Assembly (NCBI GenBank): GCA_964016885.1
Contig: OZ024742.1
Coordinates: forward strand, 340,194,001-340,258,000
Length of the DNA: 64,000 nt
Reading direction: 5' to 3'
DNA from: Eledone cirrhosa
Taxonomy: Eukaryota
How positions within the stretch are numbered: the first letter of the stretch is position 1; each line of letters starts with the position of its first letter. The notes under the pieces were generated by a model that had not been told where the DNA came from, made no database searches, and was given only the letters and a program-made list of their open reading frames with translations. Positions 47,497 through 61,324 of this stretch are shown piece by piece. The position numbers were made by a program, and so were the translations under genes.

Positions 47497-47595
47497 GTGA
47501 GTTAATTAACCCGTGTGAATGTATATACGAACGTGTATGAGTGTGTATGTGAATGTGTGTGTCTGTTTATATGTGTGTGTGTACTTGTGTATGTG

Positions 47596-47930
47596 GCGTG
47601 GCTCACTGGTTAAGTTGTTGACTTGGTAAGCATGAGTTCCCAGTTTCGTTCTCACTGTGTCACACCTTGGGTAAGTATCCTATTACCATAGCTTCGAATC
47701 GAACCATGCTTTCTGAATGAAATTGTTGAGACAGAAACTGTTCGGAAGCCCGTCTGATAGGCTGTACACGTAATTTCAAAAGCCCGCCGTGTCACATAAT
47801 GTTTCATGTTGAATCGACCCGAGAATCACATTAAGTGTACACGTGTCTGTAAAATGCGCAGCCACTTGCACGTCAATTTCACGAGCGGACTGCTCTATTG
47901 ATAAAACAACTGGAACACTCATCAGAGAAA
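47596..47930 (+). mobile_element. Diverged tRNA-derived SINE
   Basis: GTGGCTCACTGGTTAAG head and CCTTGGGTAAGT core; related to 23440-23535 and to the 17400-17470 tail. Confidence 0.6.
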
Positions 47931-47949
47931 CCGGTGGAGGTCCATCATC

Positions 47950-48545
47950 GTGTATGTGTATGTCTTTCTGTATGTGTGGTGTGTATGTCTTTATGTATGT
48001 GTGTGTGTGTATGTCTTTCTGTATGTGTCTGTGTGTATGTCTTTCTGTATGTGTGTGTGTGTATGTCTTTCTGTATGTGTGTATGTGTATGTCTTTATGT
48101 ATGTGTGTGTGTGTGTATGTCTTTCTGTATGTGTGTATGTATTTGGATATTTATGTTTCTTTGTGAATGAGTGCATGATGTGTTTGTTGATATATATGTG
48201 TGTTACTGTACATGTCTGTGTTAGTGTGTTAGTGTGTTAGTGTATATGTCTGTGTTAGTGTGTTACTGTACATGTCTGTGTTAGTGTGTTACTGTACATG
48301 TCTATGTTAGTGTGTTAGTGTGTTAGTGTATATGTCTGTGTTAGTGTGTTAGTGTACATGTCTGTGTTAGTGTGTTACTGTACATGTCTATGTTAGTGTG
48401 TTAGTGTGTTAGTGTATATGTCTGTGTTAGTGTGTTGTGTACATGTCTATGTTAGTGTGTTGTGTATATGTCTGTGTTAGTGCGTTAGTGTGTTAGTGTA
48501 TATGTCTGTGTTAGTGTGTTAGTGTATGTCTGTGTTAGTGTGTAT
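47950..48545 (+). repeat. GT-rich minisatellites (TGTATGTCTTTC...; TACATGTCTGTGTTAGTGTGTTA)
   Basis: Visible directly. Confidence 0.85.
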
Positions 48546-48559
48546 ATGTATATGTTGAT

Positions 48560-48870
48560 CTGGCGGTGAATGTTTTGTGTTATTTATTTCGCCATTTTGT
48601 TTTCAGTTCAAATCCTGCCGCAGACAGCTCTGCCTTTCAACCATTCGAGGTCGATACAAAAATACCAGTCTAATACTTGGGTCTATATTTCTTGTATAAC
48701 TCTTTCTCACTTCCTCCCTCTCACTTTCTATCTTTCTCCGGAAGAAATCTGCTGTATTTCAGCCTGGAGAGGAATGGGCTCCGCCAGGCTTAAAGTACAC
48801 TAGAAACGCCGTCAGTCAATACACCACCCTTCAACTCTTACAGGAGTCACGCCACCATACCGTTCCATAA
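48560..48870 (+). mobile_element. Family-A SINE variant (as 19450)
   Basis: CAGTTCAAATCCTGCC...GAGGTCGATA core plus GGAAGAAATCTGCT segment ending CCATACC. Confidence 0.65.
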
Positions 48871-49009
48871 CATGTGTCGGTCTATATGCTGGAAATAGCA
48901 GTCATAACTTACGCGAATGAGACGTCTTAAAAGAAGGGATATCAAAATGGATAATGTACCACCACAGCAGCTACAACATCAGCACAACCACAGTCACTCC
49001 AGTTTAACC

Positions 49010-49255
49010 ACGACTACTACTACACTTATCGCCAGCACCACTACCACCACCACCACCACCACCACCACCGCCACTACCACTACCACCACCACCACTACCA
49101 CCACCGCCGCCACCACACCACCACCACCACCATTACCACCACCACCATTACCACCACCACCACCACCACCACCACCGCCACCACACCGCCGCCACCACCA
49201 CCACCACCACCACCACCACCACCACCACCACCACCACCACCACCACCACCACCGC
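49010..49255 (+). repeat. (CCA)n tract
   Basis: Visible directly. Confidence 0.95.
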
Positions 49256-49682
49256 TATAGTTGACATAGTTAATCTTGATGTAATATATTTTCTGGAAAA
49301 CATATGAAAGAGATTGAAAGAGATTATGGAAAGTAATAAGTTTTCATTCCCTTGTGTTAGTTTAGGTATTGTTAGAGAGAGCTAGGGCTGAAGACTGGGT
49401 TGTGTGGGTTATAGTGGTAGATTAGTTAGGATTATAGTGAGAGGGGGAGTGAGGGATGAGGGGTGAGGAGGAGGAGACAAGTGACTAGTGTCACACACAT
49501 GCTAACACATTCACATCCACACTCACACACATGTTTGTATTGATGTACATTCGAGTGTATATACAGTATATAAATACACTCACGTAATATATAGACTTAT
49601 ATACATACACACCCACACACACACATATATATATATATATCGTGTATATATTTTATATACATACATACATACATACATATAA

Positions 49683-49851
<169 letters not shown>

Positions 49852-49869
49852 AATATATATATATATGAA

Positions 49870-49985
49870 GGCATGTGGCTGAGTTGTTAGAGAATTGTAT
49901 TCATAATCTTGTGGTTGTGAGTTCGATTCCTGGACCGGACGATGCGTTATGTCCTTGAGGAAGACACTTTATTTCACGCTGTTCC
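49870..49985 (+). mobile_element. SINE family B fragment
   Basis: TGGCTGAGTTGTTAGA...GTGAGTTCGATTCCTGG...GTCCTTGAGGAAGACACTTTATTTCAC. Confidence 0.75.
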
Positions 49986-50111
49986 TTCTACCTGGAGTTG
50001 CGACCCATAGATAGTACTACCAACTGGAAAGACCAACGGAAATATTGTCTCCCCGGTCCGAATTAACGAAAGTCGATCGATCCTATATATATATATATGT
50101 GTGTGTGTGTC

Positions 50112-50157
<46 letters not shown>

Positions 50158-50289
50158 CATTGGGATATTTGAATTTAAACGTCTTTTATTTTGTCATTTC
50201 AATTTCAGCAGAGAAATAAGAGAAATAACAGCAATGGACCTCGATGCCCTTGTGGCAAATAACAGAAATCTTCATCATGATCATCATAT

Positions 50290-50332
<43 letters not shown>

Positions 50333-50699
50333 GGGCGGTGGATTGGCAGTATCAGTAGAGAGTCGGACGCCATGCTTTCCAGCATAGTTACGTCCCTTTA
50401 CGGTCTGAGTTCAAATCCCGCCGAGGTTAACTTTGCCTTTCATCCTTACGGGGTCGATAAAACAAAGTACCAGTAATGTACTGGGTAATTGATGGCCTAG
50501 TGCCAAAAGTAGAAACAATTATTACTATTAATCGTTAGGGCGTCGAACAATATGCTGGCGACATAGAATTGCGACCCTTTACATTCTGAGTTCAAATCTT
50601 GCCGAGGTTAGTCTTGCTTTTCATCTATATGGGGTCGATAAAATAGAGTATCAGTAATACACTGGGATATTTGCTGACCTTGTGCCAAAAGTAGAAACA

Positions 50700-50765
<66 letters not shown>
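50333..50765 (+). mobile_element. Two tandem family-A SINEs between (ATT)n tracts
   Basis: Full copy at 50333-50525 and diverged copy at 50535-50700; (ATT)n before and after. Confidence 0.85.
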
Positions 50766-51190
50766 GCCAATGTTCTGGTTTTAGTTGTTGTTCTTGTAGT
50801 TGTTATTGTCATGGTCATTGTTGTATACCTTCCCCGTAATTCAGACAGGATTAAGCGTCAGACAACTTAACATTATTGAAACAGATTTATTTGCTATAAT
50901 ATATTGTTCCATTTGTCTTTCCCTTCTCTTTCAATTCCATCTGTTTCTTCATCGTTTCATGACCATATTTCTAATGAAATACGGTGACAATAATTTTCTA
51001 AGAATTTTGAACATAAAAATTTTGAGGGATTTAGTAATATAACTAACTATCTCATTATTAAGCTGTTGGTTATAGCATATGTGCGGATGGAAGTTTTTTT
51101 TTTGGGGGGGGGGGGGGATAAATCTGAACACCTCAATTCCACACACACACATGCATACATACACACACACACACACATATATATACTCAG

Positions 51191-51405
51191 TCCATGGGAC
51201 GAGTTTGGTAGAAGTAGTCACAACAGTTAGTTCACCATACCGAGAACAACTGTTTAGCGGATCTTCAGCTCGTACTGGTCATGGTTATACGGAACAGGAA
51301 GAACAACCGTATAAACGAGCATGTGCAGAAACGGTCACTTCAGCCAAGCGATACAAAGCCACGGGTGAAAGTTGTAAGGGAGATAACTGCGAAAGTCCGG
51401 AAAAG
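51191..51405 (+). CDS. Candidate host exon (215 nt)
   Basis: CTCAG|TCCATG...GAAAAG|GTATTC; the only open + frame reads (V)HGTSLVEVVTTVSSPYREQ...CKGDNCESPEK; phase-compatible with 47474-47496; acceptor lacks a good pyrimidine tract. Confidence 0.3.
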
Positions 51406-51569
51406 GTATTCGAGTTGATTAGAAAATTAGAATGTTGTTGTTATTCAATCCAGAGCTTTGTAGTTATGCAAGAGGTGTTTCCAGACATGTGGACAACGTG
51501 AGAAGATTTCATTTCTTGAATTTAGGCAATCACTATTGCGTAATCTCCTTAGAATATATATTCTTTCTT

Positions 51570-52130
51570 CAATACACAGTCCACAAGACGGATTGCCCCT
51601 TGCGTATGGCTTGGACTTAGTGATGGCTTTCCATTGAATGGAGTAGTCTATACCTGAGTCCTTGATCCCATACGTGGCTCGCGAGTTTCGTGGTTGATTG
51701 TTTGTCCGGGTACCTAAACGTCGACTAATGGTTCAGGAAGCGTTCCTTAAATCGGCCCTCCACCATACCCACATAGGATTTGACCTCCTGTGGTTGATTT
51801 GGTCGGCTGGAAGTGACCACAGCTTCATAAACTACAGCGGGTGTGTTGCATTGCTGTTGAGGGGGACATGCTTCAGGCTTTCGGCAAGAGCATCCTGGTG
51901 GGGTGCCGCTCTTAGAACTGTAGGTGGTGTGAGCCTTCATATTCTTAGTGCAGGAGTACACTAGTTTTACTCTGTGTTTGTTAAAGATGGAGCGGTATTT
52001 ATGACCTATGGGAAAGTATCTATCTAAGAGGGCTAAACATTTTTTCCGACATTAGTTTTAACGTTGAATGAGAAAGGAGGAGAGAACCAGATAGTTTGTC
52101 TATTGTTACGATTTCTATTGTTACGCAATA
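51570..52130 (-). mobile_element. Penelope-like element fragment (RT-EN linker + GIY-YIG)
   Basis: WFSPPFSFNVKTNVG...YFPIGHKYRSIFNK...YSCTKNM...CSCR...CP...C...VVYEA...YVGMVEGRFKERFLNH. Confidence 0.88.
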
Positions 52131-52604
52131 CCAGCTAAAAATATAGCAGCTGTTTTAGACTCTAGTTTTTACTATTGAATGTTTTAATATTATTTTTTAT
52201 TTTTTATTATTTTTTTAATTTTTTTTAATTTTTTTTTTATTATTTTTTTTTATTATTATTATTATTATTTATTTTTTTTTTTTTTTTTAATTTATTAACA
52301 TTTAAATTTTTTAATTTTATAACTTCCCACTCTCAGATTCCTCTAGAATTCTTTCTTCGCCTGCTTTCTAGCTAGCCTAATTTCTTCCACACTCCTTAGA
52401 ATTCGCTTGACCGACTCCACCCACTCCCTCATTGTTCTATAGGCAAGTTCAGCCAACCCCACCCCAACCCACCGCCATTAAAGAAATTTTGACCAATCAT
52501 TTTGACACCTAAAATCTTCCCATATAAGGATTTACCCCTTGAAAAGTTCGGCTATTTACCAGTAATACACTGGGTAATTGCTGTCCTTGTGCCAAAAGTA
52601 GAAA

Positions 52605-52713
52605 CAATTATTATCGTCATCGTTCTCACCATCATCATCGTCGTCGTCGTCATCATCGTCATCATCAATGTCATCATCATCATTGTCTCGTCGTTGTCAT
52701 CGTTGACGTCGTT

Positions 52714-52766
<53 letters not shown>

Positions 52767-52850
52767 TATCATGATGATGATCATGATCATCATCACCCTC
52801 ATCATCACCATCATGATCATCATCATCATCAACATCACCATCACCATCAC

Positions 52851-52891
<41 letters not shown>

Positions 52892-53015
52892 CGATCGTCA
52901 TCATATTAATCATCATCATCACCACCACTACCATCATCACCGCCCCACCACTATCCTCCTCCTCCTCCTCCTCCCCCCCTCCCTCCTCCTCCTCCTCATC
53001 ATCATCATCGTCGTC
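52605..53015 (+). repeat. (CAT)n/(CCT)n tract following a family-A SINE 3' end (52557-52610)
   Basis: Visible directly. Confidence 0.9.
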
Positions 53016-53569
53016 ACAAATTGCTCCAATCAAATCATTAATGTGACATATCTAAGTGACACAGTGACATTTAGCTTACAATCATACACACACACACTTG
53101 TGGATATATGTGTGTTTGGTGTGTGAGTGTGTGTGTGTGTATGTTTATATGTATGTGAGTGTGTGTGTTTATGTGTGTGTATGTGTGTTCATGTATGCGT
53201 AGGCGGATTAGAAAAATGAACGTTTTTACGGTGCAGCAATTTTCCGCATTCACGTGAAGAATGCAACAAAACGAAAAAGAAAAAAAAACCAAACAAACAA
53301 CAAAGAAGATTGTAATAAAAACATACAATTAATAACTTCAAAACATACAAATAAAATAAAAGAGTGAACAGGGGAGATAAACCATGCATTTTTTTCATAG
53401 ATAGTGTTTAGCAAAAAAATGTAAATATATTAAAAATAAAAATATGGAGTGAGAAATGGACTCCTTTTCATAAAAAATGATAACACCATTGAAATCAACA
53501 ATAAACCATAAAACAAGAATATTAGAGAGTCACAGATCAGTGCAGATTTATACCTCTTACATATAGTTG

Positions 53570-54490
53570 TTGTTGTTTTAGAGCTCTCTTTGTATTGTTA
53601 TTGTTGTTGTTGTAGAGCTCTCCTTGTATTGTTATTGTTGTTGTAGTTGTAGAGCTCTCCTTGTATTGTTATTGTTGTTGTTGTTGTAGAGCTCTCTTTG
53701 TATTGTTATTGTTGTTGTTGTAGAGCTCTCCTTGTATTGTTATTGTTGTTGTTGTTGTAGAGCTCTCCTTGTATTGTTATTGTTGTTGTAGTTGTAGAGC
53801 TCTCCTTGTATTGTTATTGTTGTTGTTGTTGTAGAGCTCTCCCTGTATTGTTATTGTTGTTGTAGTTGTAGAGCTCTCCTTGTATTGTTATTGTTGTTGT
53901 TGTTGTAGAGCTCTCCTTGTATTGATATTGTTGTTGTTGTTGTAGAGCTCTCCTTGTATTGTTATTGTTGTTGTTTTTGTAGAGCTCTCCTTGTATTGAT
54001 ATTGTTGTTGTTGTTGTAGACTTCTCCTTGCATTGATATTGTTGTTGTTGTAGAGCTCTCCTTGTATTGTTATTGTTGTTGTTGTTGTAGAGCTCTCCTT
54101 GTATTGTTATTGTTGTTGTTGTTGTAGAGCTCTCCTTGTATTGTTGTTGTTGTTGTTGTTGTAGAGCTCTCCTTGTATTGTTATTGTTGTTGTTGTTGTA
54201 GAGCTCTCCTTGTATTGTTATTGTTGTTGTTTTTGTAGAGCTCTCCTTGTATTGTTATTGTTGTTGTAGTTGTAGAGCTCTCCTTGTATTGTTATTGTTG
54301 TTGTAGTTGTAGAGCTCTCCTTGTATTGTTATTGTTGTTGTAGATGTAGAGCTCTCCTTGTATTGTTATTGTTGTTGTTGTTGTAGAGCTCTCCTTGTAT
54401 TGTTATTGTTGTTGTTGTTGTAGAGCTCTCCTTGTATTGTTATTGTTGTTGTAGTTGTAGAGCTCTCCTTGTATTGATATTGTTGTTGTA
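53570..54490 (+). repeat. ~36-39-bp minisatellite GTAGAGCTCTCCTTGTATTGTTA(TTG)n
   Basis: About 24 units, each with a GAGCTC palindrome. Confidence 0.95.
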
Positions 54491-54589
54491 GTTGTTGGTA
54501 CTGATGTTGTTATTGTTGTATATCTGTGTTTCGATTCTTATTGTACTCTGTGTTTTAGTTGTTGCTGTTGCTGTTGCACATCTGAGTTG

Positions 54590-55492
54590 GAGTTGTTGTT
54601 GTTGTTGTTGTCGTTGTTGCATAGCTGTGCATGAGTTGGTGTTGTTGTTGTTGTTGCATAGCTGTGCATGAGTTGGTGTTGTTGTTGTTGTTGTTGCATA
54701 GCTGTGCATGAGTTGGTGTTGTTGTTGTTGTTGTTGCATAACTATGCATGAGTGGGTGTTGTTGTTGTTGTTGCAAAGCTGTGCATGATTGGGTATTGTT
54801 GTTGTTGTTGCAAAGCTGTGCATGAGTTGGTGTTGTTGTTGTTGTTGCATAGCAGTGCATGAGTGGGTGTTGTTGTTGTTGTTGCATAGCTGTGCATGAG
54901 TTGGTGTTGTTGTTGTTGTTGTTGCATAGCTGTGCATGAGTTGGTGTTGTTGTTGTTGTTGCATAGCTGTGCATGAGTTGGTGTTGTTGTTGTTATTGCA
55001 TAGCTGTGCATGAGTTGGTGTTGTTATTGCATAGCTGTGCATGAGTTGGTGTTGTTGTTATTGCATAGCTGTGCATGAGTTGTTGTTGTTGTTGTTGTTG
55101 TGAGTTTTCATATCGTTGATGATGTTTTTGTTGTGGCTATTATTACTGCTGTTATATCTGAGTTTGTATTGTTGTTGTAGTTGTTGTTATAGTTATTGTT
55201 GTTGTCGTTGTTGTTGTTGTAGTTGTTGTTATAGTTATTGTTGTTGTCGTTGTTGTTGTTGTAGTTGTTGTTATAGCTATTGTTGTTGTTATTTTTGTTG
55301 TTGTAGTTGTTGTTGTTATAGCTATTGTTGTTGTCGTTGTTGTTGTTGTAGTTGTTGGTATAGCTATTGTTGTTGTTGTTTTTGTTTTTGTAGTTGTTGT
55401 TATAGCTATTGTTGTTGTTGTTTTTGTTTTTGTAGTTGTTGTTATAGCTATTGTTGTTGTCGTTTTAGTTGTTGTAGTTGTTGTTATAGCTA

Positions 55493-55528
<36 letters not shown>

Positions 55529-55960
55529 ATGTTATAGTTATTGTTGTCATCGTTGTTGTTAATGTTGTCTTGGTATGTACTTGTGTTGTTGTTGTTGTCG
55601 TTGTTGTGGTGGTCGTAGTTGTTTTTGTAGTTGTTAACGCCGTCGTAGTAGTAGTTATTGTGTTGTAGTTATTGGTCTAGTTTTTGATGTAGTCCATGTT
55701 GTTGTTGTTGTGGTAGTGGTCGTTGTTGTTGTTGTGGTAGTGGTCGTTGTTGTTGTTGTGGTAGTGGTCGTTGTTGTTGTTGTTGTAGTGGTCGTTGTTG
55801 TTTAATTGTAGTAGTAGTAGTTGTTGTTGTTGTTGTAGTTGTTGTTGTAGTTGTTGTTGTTGTAGTTGTTATTGTTGTTGTTGTTGTTGTTGTTGTAGTT
55901 GTTGTTGTTGTAGTTGTTATTATTGTTGTTGTAGTTGTTGTAGTTGTTGTTGTTGTTAAG
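54590..55960 (+). repeat. (TTG)n-based minisatellites (GCATAGCTGTGCATGAGTTGGT; TATAGCTATTG) and pure (TTG)n
   Basis: Visible directly. Confidence 0.92.
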
Positions 55961-56079
55961 GGGGAAATAATTACTTTAGTTTGTGGAAATCAACTCTTGC
56001 GTACAATTGTTGTGTGACGTTGGCTGTTAGCTTTATTTACTGAGAGCTGTTTGGTTTCGCTACATCATGATGATGTGTG

Positions 56080-56104
56080 TGGATATATATATCTATATAT
56101 ATAA

Positions 56105-56184
<80 letters not shown>

Positions 56185-56185
56185 G

Positions 56186-56231
<46 letters not shown>

Positions 56232-56313
56232 CATAGATATATATATGTATATGTATATGTATATATATATATATACATACATATATATATATGTATATAT
56301 ATATACATATATA

Positions 56314-56370
<57 letters not shown>

Positions 56371-56556
56371 ATATATATATATATATATATATGCATATGC
56401 ATATACATATACACACATATATATATACATATACATATACATATATATGTATGTGTATGTATATATATATATATATATGTATATGTATATGTATATACAT
56501 ATATATACATATATATACATATATGTATATATATGTATATATGTATATACATATAC

Positions 56557-56600
<44 letters not shown>

Positions 56601-56675
56601 ATAATGATGGCTGCGCGTTGCAAATGGTATATATATATATATATGTATATATATATGTATATATATAATTATATA

Positions 56676-56730
<55 letters not shown>

Positions 56731-57170
56731 TTGTGTGTGTGTCTGTGTGTATAATATTCTCGTGGAAATTTGTTTGAGTTTCGTTAAGTAGTTTCATTGT
56801 TGTGCTTGTACCTATGTTCATACACCCACCCACACCCACCCACACACATACACACACCCATATATATATATACATATACATACACACAAGCTTATATATA
56901 TATATATATATATATAAACTCACAAACACGCATATATATCTATATAAATATATAAATCTCTATAGATATACACATAAATTCATATATACATACATATATA
57001 CATACATACAACATACATGCATACTACATACATACATACCTACATACATACAATCATACATACATAATTACATACATACATTCCAACCTCCATATTTACA
57101 TATATACATCCATACAAACATACATACATACATGCAGATATACATACATATATACACATATATATAGAGT
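56080..57170. repeat. (TA)n/(TACA)n tracts
   Basis: Visible directly. Confidence 0.92.
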
Positions 57171-57545
57171 CATGTAAATACACATATTTCTCAAAAATGT
57201 TCCTATAGCCATCGAACTATGGTTATGTTGATAATCGATGAGTATGTTATCCAGCTATCAATCTATTTATCTATATATACGTATGTGTGAGTAAGTGTGT
57301 GTGTGTGTGGGGGGGGGGGGCTTGTGTGTATGTGTGTATAAGTATAAGGTAAATGTGCGTATAAGTATAATTATGTAGACATATGTATATATATCTACGA
57401 ATACGTATATATGTAAATAATTATCTATACATATAAATAACTATCCATCTAACTGTTCATAATTACACACAGACGCACACACACACACTCACACACATAT
57501 ATATATATATATATGTATGTATATAAACCCATACGTACTTATCAT

Positions 57546-57735
57546 GTTTAATATAGAAATGGCTTCTACAGAACTGTTACATTCGTATAAAATCATCCGG
57601 CATTCCTGAGGATTTCTTATAAATGAAACAGTTCTAGTCCTATGGAAGGCTTTTTTATGTTCAATAATGATGTTTACACTCTAATAATGGATTGGGTACC
57701 TTTTTATCTGTGGTTACTCCCAATTTGATTAAGGA
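57546..57735. mobile_element. Decayed copy of the small foldback family at 62036-62230
   Basis: CTGAGGATTTC...GAAACAGTTCTAGTCC and tail ATTG-GTACC...CTGTGGTTAC shared with 62103-62210. Confidence 0.7.
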
Positions 57736-57737
57736 TC

Positions 57738-57822
<85 letters not shown>

Positions 57823-57902
57823 TTCTCTATCTCTCTATCTATCTATCTATCTCTCTATCTATACAACTACCTATCTATTAATCCATCCATCTCTGTCTCA
57901 GC

Positions 57903-57942
<40 letters not shown>

Positions 57943-58301
57943 CTCTATCTGTCTCTCTCTGTATATATATATAAATATATATATATATTCAATATAAACA
58001 AATAAAGCTGACAAGGGGAGATATTCAGGTAAATATAGAGTTATACCAAAAAGGTTTAAAGCAAATTATATTTCAACAATCAAGAATCAACATGCTTAGA
58101 CGAATTTTCTCATCAGTGATATATACGGTAAAATGTTTAAGAATCAGGCTTCATGTAAATAAATCCGACGCAGTGTTACAGAACATATAAATAAGTAAAA
58201 GATGCCATTTCACGGATATTGACTTCTAATACATTTTCTGATGACATAAAAATGAATAGAAATAAATCTATGAGTCAATTCTCGGATCGGTATATATGAA
58301 T

Positions 58302-58484
58302 AATTGGTTCTACTTTTGGCACAAGGCCAGCAATTAATCCAGTGTATTACTGGTACTTTATTTTATCGACCCCGTAAGGATGAAAGGCAAAGTTAAACTC
58401 GGCGGGATTTGAAATCAGTTCGTAAAGGGACGTAACTGTGCTGCAAAGCATGGCGTCCGACCCTCTACCGATACTGCCAATCCA
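58302..58484 (-). mobile_element. Family-A SINE
   Basis: Reverse complement of the 50333 copy. Confidence 0.88.
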
Positions 58485-58536
58485 ATAAATAATGATGCCA
58501 TAAAATTGTATACATTTGTTCGTGTGTGTCTGTGGA

Positions 58537-58606
<70 letters not shown>

Positions 58607-58805
58607 ATGTGTGTGTATGTGTGTAGTTAGCTATGTAATTAAATACTAACAAGCATTTATACTACTATATATTAACCTATATATAACAAGCATTGGGGAT
58701 TTTGTATATATATATATATATATTTGTACACACACACACACACACACATATATCTATATATCTATATATATCTATATATATATATATATATGTACATATA
58801 TTTGT

Positions 58806-58864
<59 letters not shown>

Positions 58865-58914
58865 TACACGCACACACATATATATATATTCGTTTATATA
58901 TACATATCCATATA

Positions 58915-59526
58915 TATGGTGGCTGCCAACTCGTTTTCGAGTACGGCCACTACTTTATATCCATGTAGGAGAACCCCTACCGATGCGCTGAACGAATGTG
59001 ACTTTTTATTCCAGCCAGCGACTTGAAAACTCTGGTACAAACACTACACTTGTGACAATTATTGACACATAGTGCTGGGCCCATGGTACCCTGTGACGAC
59101 AAGTGCAGAGATCTCCAGATATAAAGCAATGCCTGTGCCGTGAAGCTTTTATAGTGAGCAAAGGCACTGCACAAAGCCAGTCCCACTCTCTTAACCAAGA
59201 TGATATTTACCAAAAAGAAGAACAAGTCAACATCATTGGATACCATCAGGGTTGCAGGTGTTATATCAGAGTTTTCCTTCTCCTAGAATTCTGCCTTGAC
59301 AAAGGCTAAGGGGTCATCTCTCCCGGTGATTTTGGATGGCCATTGACTCTTAAGAGCTCCTTTGCCCTTTGACAGGTTTTGTTTTTAGTCCTGCAGGCTG
59401 TCCAAAGTCACCCTCCTCACCAAGAAACCTTGGTGGGGTTGCCAGTTTAGTCGCCAACGACCCGACCATGAGACAGGTTGTACTGGGATACATGTTACCA
59501 GTAGCACCAACTGGTGACCTGACATA
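58915..59526 (-). mobile_element. Non-autonomous RTE-related element, copy 2
   Basis: Structured 5' region plus a 3' C2H2 remnant [22 protein letters not shown] of the kind found at RTE ORF C-termini; homologous to 23740-24290. Confidence 0.65.
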
Positions 59527-59546
59527 ATATATATATACATACGTAC

Positions 59547-59598
<52 letters not shown>

Positions 59599-59860
59599 CA
59601 CAACAAGGTTGGTAGTTATTCTTCAAACACACTGCTTCCTATTGATTGAGCATCATTGATATCTAAAGCCAGCGTGAGACTCTGGTTTAGATGGCATCAC
59701 ACATCTTCCAATACAGTCACCGTTGCACTAATGACGCTATTACTGGGATGTGTGTTCCTTCATTTAATGTTTATACAGATATACCTAAATGAATAAAAAA
59801 TACAACCATTCCTACCTGCAGTTTTGTTCGCCCCCCCCCCCGCTATCTCCCTTTCTCTCT

Positions 59861-59893
<33 letters not shown>

Positions 59894-60506
59894 CTCGATT
59901 ATTCTACTATATTTAGCTCTAGACTTAGCTATTGACCAGTTAATTTTATTGTTCATTTTTTGTCGATTCTATTAAATGATGAATAGCTCCTGTTTATTTT
60001 AACATGTCTATTGAGTACTCTTATTCGATATGTGATTTCCCACATTTCCGAATATCTTTCGCGGATATAGAGGTTATCTCCCTTGCTGGACACCATGTGC
60101 GTTTCAGCTAGGGTTGGCTTTTTTATTCGTTTGGACAAAGCCCGTTGATAAAGTATTCCCGTCCGCCGCTCTCTAGAAGTCTTATATATTTTTATGTGGG
60201 CTGATAGGGGGCGGATTAAGGAATTACAGAAACCCAAGAAGCTAGATTTACCATCTTTCTAGTGGGTCCGGGTAAGCTTTTTACATTCATATGATTTATT
60301 GATTTATTGATATTTTATCTGAGTGACCCGAATCTTCCTGATCGTAATTTTTCGGTCGCATGGGTGATTTTAGACATAATCTTTGTGTGTTGGTATTTTA
60401 ACGATAGGTATAGCTCTGATTTATCTGAATTATTGAGCCCTCTGCCACTGATGTCGAATTTGTTTATCGTAAACTCGTGAGCCGATTTTTCGATACTCGA
60501 TTATTC

Positions 60507-60595
<89 letters not shown>

Positions 60596-60598
<3 letters not shown>

Positions 60599-61244
60599 TT
60601 GCGAGGTTTTTTATATGAAATCGTGTGTCGAAACAGATATTGTTATATTTGGGGAGGGTCATATTTGCGTAATATTGCCAGAATTAATAACAGAACACAC
60701 TCACTGTTTGGTTGGTTTTCGCTTCTCGCTGTCTTTTATATATATATATCTGCGATCTAACTTACTCGGTCCTCAATGTTGCCATTGACTGACCGGCGGT
60801 CAAAAATAATACAGATACAATATAGACAAACACATATATATATAGTTTACATAAATCTTTCGTTGCACATCTGCAACATCGTCAGTGGTGTTATATTCAT
60901 TGTTCCTCCTGTTGTGTTGTCTGTCTACGCCATTTTTTTTTTGTCAAAAAAAAAAATGGCGTAGACATACAACACAACAGGAGGAACAATGAATATAACA
61001 CCACTGACGATGTTGCAGATGTGCAACGAAAGATTTATGTAAACTATATATATATGTGTTTGTCTATATTGTATCTGTATTATTTTTGACCGCCGGTCAG
61101 TCAATGGCAACATTGAGGACCGAGTAAGTTAGATCGCAGATATATATATATAAAAGACAGCGAGAAGCGAAAACCAACCAAACAGTGAGTGTGTTCTGTT
61201 ATTAATTCTGGCAATATTACGCAAATATGACCCTCCCCAAATAT

Positions 61245-61252
<8 letters not shown>
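60596..61252. mobile_element. ~615-bp almost perfect palindrome with ~40-bp unpaired tail, in (TA)n
   Basis: Arms 60637-60942 and 60946-61252 (T-run GTC A-run centre); the ORF track shows nearly the same peptide on both strands; hammerhead-like core in each arm. Confidence 0.92.
61004..61046 (+). ncRNA. Hammerhead-like core (mirror copy at about 60843-60885, minus strand)
   Basis: CTGACGA-T-GTTGCA(GATG)TGCAAC-GAAA; stems I and III are imperfect. Confidence 0.5.

Positions 61253-61324
<72 letters not shown>

Noticed and set aside
60776-61113. Two near-identical convergent 62-aa genes
   Set aside because: Consequence of the palindrome; no coding evidence.
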